NCBI GenBank assembly: GCA_002269645.1
Contig: NIVC01001474.1
Coordinates: 62,001 to 126,000 of the forward strand
Direction of reading: 5' to 3'
From: Macrostomum lignano
Lineage: Eukaryota
Length of the DNA: 64,000 nt
This document shows, piece by piece, positions 56,020-64,000 of this stretch. The stretch's first letter is position 1. Every line of letters starts with the position of its first letter. The notes below the pieces were generated by a model that saw only the letters and a list, made by a program, of their open reading frames with translations, did not search any database and had not been told where the DNA came from. The translations under genes and the position numbers were made by a program.

Positions 56020-57340
56020 AGGTGGGTGTTTGATGGTGTCATTCCTGATGCAGGTGTGGGTGGGTGTTTGATGGTGCCATTCCTGATGCAGGTGTGGGTG
56101 TTTGGTGCCATTCCTGATGCAGGTGTGGGTGTTTGATGGGGCCATTCCTGATGCAGGTGGGTGGGTGTTTGATGGGGCCATTCCTGATGCAGGTGGGTGG
56201 GTGTTTGATGGGGCCATTCCTGATGCAGGTGTGGGTGTTTGATGGGGCCATTCCTGATGCAGGTGGGTGGGTGTTTGATGGTGCCATTCCTGATGCAGGT
56301 GTGGGTGTTTGATGGGGCCATTCCTGATGCAGGTGTGGGTGTTTGATGGTGCCATTCCTGATGCAGGTGGGTGGGTGTTTGATGGGGCCATTCCTGATGC
56401 AGGTGTGGGTGTTTGATGGTGCCATTCCTGATGCAGGTGGGTGGGTGTTTGATGGGGCCATTCCTGATGCAGGTGGGTGGGTGTTTGATGGGGCCATTCC
56501 TGATGCAGGTGGGTGGGTGTTTGATGGTGCCATTCCTGATGCAGGTGGGTGGGTGTTTGATGGGGCCATTCCTGATGCAGGTGGGTGGGTGTTTGATGGG
56601 GCCATTCCTGATGCAGGTGGGTGGGTGTTTGATGGGCCCATTCCTGATGCAGGTGGGTGGGTGTTTGATGGTGCCATTCCTGATGCAGGTGGGTGGGTGT
56701 TTGATGGGGCCATTCCTGATGCAGGTGGGTGGGTGTTTGATGGTGCCATTCCTGATGCAGGTGTGGGTGTTTGATGGTGCCATTCCTGATGCAGGTGGGT
56801 GGGTGTTTGATGGTGCCATTCCTGATGCAGGTGGGTGGGTGTTTGATGGTGCCATTCCTGATGCAGGTGTGGGTGTTTGATGGTGCCATTCCTGATGCAG
56901 GTGTGGGTGTTTGATGGTGCCATTCCTGATGCAGGTGGGTGGGTGTTTGATGGGGCCATTCCTGATGCAGGTGGGTGGGTGTTTGATGGTGCCATTCCTG
57001 ATGCAGGTGTGGGTGTTTGATGGGGCCATTCCTGATGCAGGTGTGGGTGTTTGATGGTGCCATTCCTGATGCAGGTGGGTGGGTGTTTGATGGGGCCATT
57101 CCTGATGCAGGTGGGTGGGTGTTTGATGGTGCCATTCCTGATGCAGGTGTGGGTGTTTGATGGTGCCATTCCTGATGCAGGTGGGTGGGTGTTTGATGGG
57201 GCCATTCCTGATGCAGGTGGGTGGGTGTTTGATGGGGCCATTCCTGATGCAGGTGGGTGGGTGTCTGATGGGGCCATTCCTGATGCAGGTGGGTGGGTGT
57301 TTGATGGGGCCATTCCTGATGCAGGTGTGGGTGTTTGATG
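56020..57340. repeat. 34/36-bp minisatellite
   Basis: GTGTTTGATGG(G/T)GCCATTCCTGATGCAGGT(GTGG/GGGTGG) x ~37. Confidence 0.95.
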
Positions 57341-59984
57341 GGGGGCGATTCTTTCAGAAAGGAACGAATGGACAATTCAGGTGTCAGGTTGTCCACCGAG
57401 CTCCAAAATATCAGCGCATATCTGCCCGACCCCGAGAAAAGTAATCCCGCACACCTAGGCATTTACCCAAATTTTTAGTGACATGAGTTTCTAATTAAAT
57501 AATTATACCACGACTCGGCGTCTGGAGCCTTCATCATAAATTTTACTACTTTGTAAAAAATAAACGCTTGCAGGAAGAGACTAATTGCAATTCGGGAATT
57601 TTTTTAGAAAAGATAAAAATTATTTTCGAAGTATATTTGATAAAATGCAATTAGACAGTTCAAATATGTGACGCAATAGACAATACTGTTCCATAAAAAA
57701 GCGTGAAGACAGTAATTCACTGGCAGTACACTGATAAAGCAGACCAGTTGTTCCGAAGATGCACAGCCTGGAGAATGAAAGGTAAGAAGAAACGGTAATA
57801 ATTTGACATACATAACATACATTAAATTTCCAGTAATATAAACAGGTGTTTAAAATTTTATAATCAGATGTCAAAATGCTCTTCACAGAAAATAAATTGG
57901 CACTTAACACAAAAATAGAATTAAAAATGTGTCCATTGCCAATTTATTATTTGTTAATCAGGTGAAGAAATTCAAGTATAGCATCATATTGTGGCGAATT
58001 GTAAGATAAAAAAAAATAATTTCAATTTCTTACCCACTAGTTTGTAGGATTGATGCAGCAGAAGTTTTAATGCGAATCTCCATCTGCAACGAAAATTTTA
58101 ATAAACTAAACTGTTTAAATAAATTAACTAAAATAAATGATTTTTTTTATTTTTTAGAAACAAATATTTTCAGCGATCTTGGTGATAAACAGTCTTCATT
58201 GACCTGACGGACTTCAAGACAGTTAATATTTCATCATATATATTACTGGAATTACTACTCAAAAATAAGTACAACAGAGTGAATTTTAATGACACCAAAA
58301 GCATTGATCTAACACTTACCAAATCAACATATCTCCAGGCCATGTCTGTTCTAAAAAAACAGAAATTTTGTTAAAGTTACACAAGTATTTCAAAACTATT
58401 TAAAGAAACAAATTCATCAATGCAATTATATATTTTCATCAGCGATCTTGGTGATAACAAGTCTTCATAGCGACTCAAGCAATTATTAATTTTTCATCAG
58501 TTCAAAATCTTATTGAGCTACTTAGAGTAGAAGTAGATGTGAATTAACTTACAGGAGAATTCATAAAACTTGACTCGACCAGATGACCTGACAAAAAATG
58601 AAAGGAAAACACAAATAAAGTATGCATTTTCAACTCTAAAGTAATAATTACACTGGCTAGCACAATTGTGAGTCTCAGCGATCTTGGTGATTAAAACGTC
58701 TTCAATTTGCATGCAGACAATTAGTTTTGTTCATCATATTGACCAAACTGTGTCTTCTAACCACTAAAAATGTTAATCTAACAGCTTTAGATGGGTTTAG
58801 CCAGTAGAAATATAATGATTTATTAGTAAATCTAATTAAAAATACACACAAAATCTAGATAGCACACAATAACTTATATAGATATAATTATGCAATCTAT
58901 GTAAACCCATATAGAAATATGAGCATAACATTTCACTATCGTATAGGTAGGTACACATTTTCAATTTTACTTACCAGTCTATCAAGCTATAACTCAATCA
59001 GAACTCAGACTCAGAGCAATGATGTGGTGACGGCAAGTGAAATACTTGCATGCATACCCAACTGTTAGTTTTCAATAGCAGAAGCCTTTACTTGGCACAA
59101 AAGGAAATTACTGAAAAGAATAAATAAACAGATGTTAATAAATAAGAGACACTTTTCATAACCAATATCTGTGTACCAAATAACAATGATTGCATAGATC
59201 ATATTTAAACCCCTAAAAAAAGAAAATTCCTTAAATTAAAATTGAATAAAAGTCTACTTCTATTAAATATTTATCTATGAACCATGTTCTTACATACTTG
59301 ACAAAGTATCCATATTTTAAGATTTGTTTAAATATTAGCTTACATAAATGAAACAAAAAAACTTTCTAATTGCAGCTCATAAGCATATTGGGAGATGGTG
59401 TCTACTGCAGATCAGCCTGGCTAAGTATGCACAATAGTATGTGTATACTATTGGAGAGTGCAAGGATATATGATAGGATGAATATAAGATGCATGCAAGG
59501 AAAGGGTTCAGGGCTTATGCAAGAGTATATAATGTATATGCCCTAGGGGGTAAGGTTAAAGTGTCTGGCTTGAAAAAGGGGATAATTGGCATATTTTAGA
59601 CCTTCACTATAGTAGTTTGTAGCAAAGCCTCTTAATGTAGCATTTAACATCCCTTAGGTTAGGCATTATTACTTTCTTTATCAACTTGGCTTGCTACTGC
59701 TTTGCTATATCATGTTGAATGCTATCAAGCTTACTTTAAATAATCTTCCTTTAGTTAGCCTTTTCTAAGTATTGCTCAAAAGCTTTGTATTGCTATTTGG
59801 CTCAAGTTATTTTAATTGCCTTAGCTTAAGCTTCAAAGCCATTGGCTAATAACTCAGGGCCCTATTTGGATTAGATAATGGCACAACCAAAGCCAAGGAG
59901 GGGACAGAAAGTGGGGCAGTTGTCCTCCCCCTCATACATGCGCAACAATCGGCCGAGTTGGCCGATCTGGCCAACCGATTTGGC

Positions 59985-61135
59985 GGCCAACCAAGGAAGT
60001 TGCAAAATGCCCACCCGAAAAAATACCAAAGTATTAGTACTAAGTAGCTGACAAGGCATTTTGACTTAATAAGACAGTCATAGTTACTCTTGCCATTTAC
60101 CCAAAGTTGCGTTAATTTTCCGTTAGAGTTTTTTTACATGTAAGTTGCATTTTTGGCCAAAAACTACGTTGCATTTTTGTTAAAACTAAGTCGCAAGGCT
60201 GACCGAATTTTGGAGGTTGCGCATGTATGCTCCCCCCCAGGCAAAGACCAGAAAAAATCAAAGGGGGGACCAAGCAAATTTTTGCCAAAAACGAAGCCAT
60301 TCTTCTGCCTCCCTCTTTTGGGTCTTTACTTTCCAGAATCTACCCCTCAGCAAATTTCTAGTTGTTCTACTAGGATTAGGTATACAGTAGCCAGATTAGA
60401 CTTTAGCCATATCTTAATAGCCAACAAAAAATTAATAGTAAACTTAGCTTTGTTCAATGTGCATATGCATACCACTGTAGGTCATTGTAAAATCACTTTA
60501 AAAAAACTGTTTATACTATCTATACTACCATAGAAAATGTAGCATACATTATGTCCTAGTTTAGATGGCAGATGAGTCTATAGAAGTAGGCCTAGAACTA
60601 TTAGCAGTGGCAGATCTAGAGTTTTATTTAGGGGGAGGGGGCAGTCAAAGTTTTAGGATGCCAACATGAGTATAAAGAGCACTAATTTATAAGCTAGGAG
60701 GTGCAAAAAATCATGTGTGAGGCAAAAATCAAGCTTAAAGATGCAAAAAATGCATGCAAAGGGCAAAAAATCAAGCTTAGAGGCACAAAAATGCATTTAA
60801 AAAGCAAAAACTCAAGCTTAAAGGTGCCAAAAGGCATTTGGGATGTAGGAAGATAACCTTGGCTTGAGTATTTAAACAATGCCACACTTAGAGATATGCA
60901 GCCATCCCTATTGCAGCGCATGGCTTAAGTACGCCAGATGCCTACACAACCTGCGCCACACTGTGAAATGACTTACCTGTGAAAGAAACCCTAAAGCAAA
61001 ATTAACGCAGTTTTGGGTAAACGGCAAGAGTAACTATGACTGTCTTATCAAGCCTAAATGCCTCGGCATCTAATTAGTACTACGCCTGTATTCTATGGGG
61101 TGGCATTTTTGCGACTTACCCCTGGTCCACCACCA
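59985..61135. mobile_element. Inverted-repeat (MITE/foldback-like) element with 28S-rRNA-like arms
   Basis: 60035-60144 is the imperfect reverse complement of 60970-61082, with weaker extension ~50 bp outward; 61015-61078 resembles conserved 28S sequence. Confidence 0.45.
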
Positions 61136-63716
61136 ATGCTGCGCTGCGCAGGCTGATCTGCGCCGGACGCCTTCCGCCAAAATGCCCATGCGCTGCAATC
61201 AGGGCAGCCATGTCTATAATGCAGAAAATAAAATAAAGCTACTAAAAAAAATAATTTTTTTATACTTATTGGCTGCCCTATAGGAAAAAGTTGTAAAACC
61301 ACAGACAGTGTCTAGCGCACTTTTGAAATTTTTCTAAAGCGTAGAGTGCATAGGCCATAGGCGCATCGCCTGCACGCGCTGCCTTTTCTTACTGGCTGCT
61401 GCTCTAGCAAATGCCAAATACATATACATGGAAATGGGTATAATACCTCTGTTGAAGGGGCTTATACACTCGTAGTTTATTAAGCTTAGAGATGTTCCAA
61501 AAATTCAATTTCAATTTTCCAAAACTTGAAATTTTTAAAAAATTTCAATTTCGAAAAAAATTTAGAAGCAAACATTTTGGTAGTGTCTAAAAAGTTGCTA
61601 AAAATAAACTACTTTTTATTACATATACATGCATTACTTTTACTTAAGCAGTAAATTGAAAGTAAAAAGTGAGTGTTGATCATGCTAAACTTTGTTTTTC
61701 TGAATTATGATTTTGGGAAATTTTAATTTTGATTTTGGAAAGTCAGCGAATTTTGATTTTGACAAAACTGCAGATCTTTTGGAACATCTCTAATAATCCT
61801 AAAGTGCAGTAAAATAGTTTGACTCTTTTCTAAAGCCCATGTCTGCGGGTTTTTAACATTTATTCCAATAGGGATTGGCTGCACTTTGTAATTAGTTAAA
61901 CATTAATAGTCTCATTAAATATGTGATCTAGCAATAACTGAAGTGAAGAGCATAAAAAAAAATATGGCAAACTTCTTATAATATAAAATTTGTAATAATC
62001 TATAATTGTGAATACTTACAAATATAGGCCTAGCTACATATATATAATTATAGTTGCACTTAGCCTTAAGATTTAGTGTTGGTCTTATTAAAAATTTAAT
62101 TTAAATTACTATTTTATTTTAATTTAAAAACTTTAAAATGTTTAAGACACAAAAAAATATTCACTAAAAAATTTTAATTTGAAAAAGACTGCCTACTTGG
62201 GATTTGAGCCTTGCTTCTTGCTATAGTATATGCCATTACAAGGCAGGTGACATAGGCCTGTTCACAAAGCCACCATTTGCTTGTAAGACAGCCTTATAGA
62301 ATATCCATTCTGTATCAATTTTTATAAATATAGGCCTAAGCCATGCCTATAAGCTCAAATATTATAGACACGTCTGTTGTGCCTATAAGCTCCAATATTA
62401 TAGTCATAAACACAGCTGCCATGCCTATAATTACTCCATTTAAACAACTGCAAATTAATATAAAAACTAAAACAAGCACTTTAATTGCACTTTTTAAGAT
62501 TACATATACTACCTACTACTGAAAGCACCATTATTAAACTTTTTACATTAATAAAAGTTAGAATTTGCTAGTGAAATTCTTCAAATTTAAAACTAAGGGC
62601 ATGGCTACACTTACAGGAATCTATGGAATGTGACTACAGTCTACAACTGCAATTACCATGTTTTCATAGTCGTAGCCATAAGAGCAGCTATCTACCATAG
62701 GCATATCCATAGTTTCCAAAAGCCTTTTTAACAATAAATTATTGTATCAATAAAGCACCATCGTACAATTAAGTTGATAAGATTTAAGGCTTAGGCCTAG
62801 CTGAAGTACCAATTAAATGCTATTGTGAGATTTCAACACCTAGTTGGGAATTGAGGCAATTTTCTAAGCCTCAGGCCGTCAGGGTTTTAATTTTCTGAAC
62901 CCAGCAGCTCGCTAGTTAAAACACCTGTTAAAGAGCAAAAAGAATAGGGGTCATTGGGAATTTTGGGGGAAGTGGCTGTACCGACGCGAACCGTTTAACG
63001 GTTTCATTGGTTAGTTTGTAAGCTTTGTATATAACATGTCGTAAAAGAGTGGCTTTTAAAATCTCGCTAAAATTATGTTCAAAGCGTATTTTTACCTTGG
63101 ATTAACAAAATAATTTACTATTTTTGCCTAAGAATGTGTTAAGTTTAAAATAATAAAGTATTTCTAAAGTAAACAAAAATATTACATTATTCACTTATTA
63201 AGGATTAATTTGTCAGGTGAAAATCGTTAGGAAGAAGGACATACAGCTGGAAATCAAAGACACAGTACTAGTCCCAAAGAATTTCTAACGAAGCATTCGT
63301 TGCACACAAAACTCACTCAGTTTTGAAGAAGTGAGTCCTTTATTCGATTTTTTTCCTGCCACATTATAATCTCTTGCAAAAAGAGATGAGGCCAGCTGTC
63401 AAAAACTGAAGAAGCAAATTAAATATGGTGGCGCAACGATGGTTTGCTTTCTTGGATAAGTATATCCATTCATAGACTATTTAATGAATTAATGGATAAT
63501 TTTCTTAAATAATAGATAAAACTAAAACTTTAAGGTGATCGGGATCGAGAGCATACATACATGTATGTATTAAATAGATATATACATGTACGTATGTAAA
63601 GCGCGTTACATACATGTGTGTTGCAATCACCTACAATAGTACTCGTATATATAATATAAACGAAGTAAAATGTTACATATGTGGGGCTTTCGGGAGAAAA
63701 TTATAAAGGAAATTAT

Positions 63717-64000
63717 AACAACAACAACAACAGAATACGCATTTAGCGTCACAGGGCGCGCTTCAAGGCCAGGTCGCGAATAAACGCCACGCCGCCGGCC
63801 AAATCCAGAGCGCCGGCGTCAGCCAGCAGGCAGTCGACGAAACGCTGAGTGCGCGCCTGCCCCCGCCAGTAGGGTGACTGCGCGTTGGCCGCAGCACAGC
63901 TCCTGCACCGGCTCAGTAAGACTCGGCGCGGATGATGTGGCCTTCCAGCTGTAGCCGCCGACGGTGCAACAGCTCGCTGTGGACGGACCCGGCCGGCGTG
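63717..64000 (-). mobile_element. RTE-clade LINE 3' end running off the window
   Basis: (TTG)n tail and close similarity to the 36862-37048 and 16200-16450 RTE 3' ends. Confidence 0.85.

Noticed and set aside
60970-60995. 14-nt micro-exon (TTTAG|...|GTAAGT, minus strand)
   Set aside because: It lies inside the inverted-repeat arm and is degenerate in the partner arm.
61015-61078. Functional 28S rRNA gene
   Set aside because: Only ~65 bp of similarity with substitutions and no flanking rDNA.
62180-62260. tRNA or tRNA-derived SINE (GGGATTTGAGCC resembling a reverse T-arm)
   Set aside because: Too degenerate; no cloverleaf or A-box can be supported.

Overview
Repeat-rich eukaryotic (metazoan) genomic DNA with spliceosomal introns. 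The style resembles a free-living flatworm such as Macrostomum, but that is inference only. The first ~56 kb are built from 3-4 rearranged, partly inverted copies of one gene cassette: otopetrin-like channel -> PP1-like phosphatase -> Ty3/gypsy relic plus 15-bp minisatellite <- ankyrin-repeat/cGAS-like receptor (Mab-21/cGLR). The key observation is that the ankyrin ORF and the cGLR ORF probably form one 3-exon gene. A CAG|GTGAGC donor overlaps the apparent ankyrin stop codon in all three copies, and a phase-matched acceptor lies in front of the NTase exon, predicting a ~1115-aa ANK-cGLR. Its ankyrin array differs in repeat number and at target-contact positions between paralogs. Intact genes: ANK-cGLR copy A (4955-9579, -), two 12-TM otopetrins (32982-35114, 51792-53657) and one PP1-like gene (54610-55671). 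The other copies are pseudogenes. Interspersed are RTE, RNase H-bearing LINE, gypsy and DIRS-like relics, LTR-like insertions and ~20 tandem arrays, several of which have expanded from short seeds still visible in paralogous blocks. The last ~6.5 kb are AT-rich and hold an inverted-repeat element whose arms resemble the conserved 28S rRNA R2/I-PpoI target region. Repeat boundaries are approximate (about +/-20 bp). No database searches were run.
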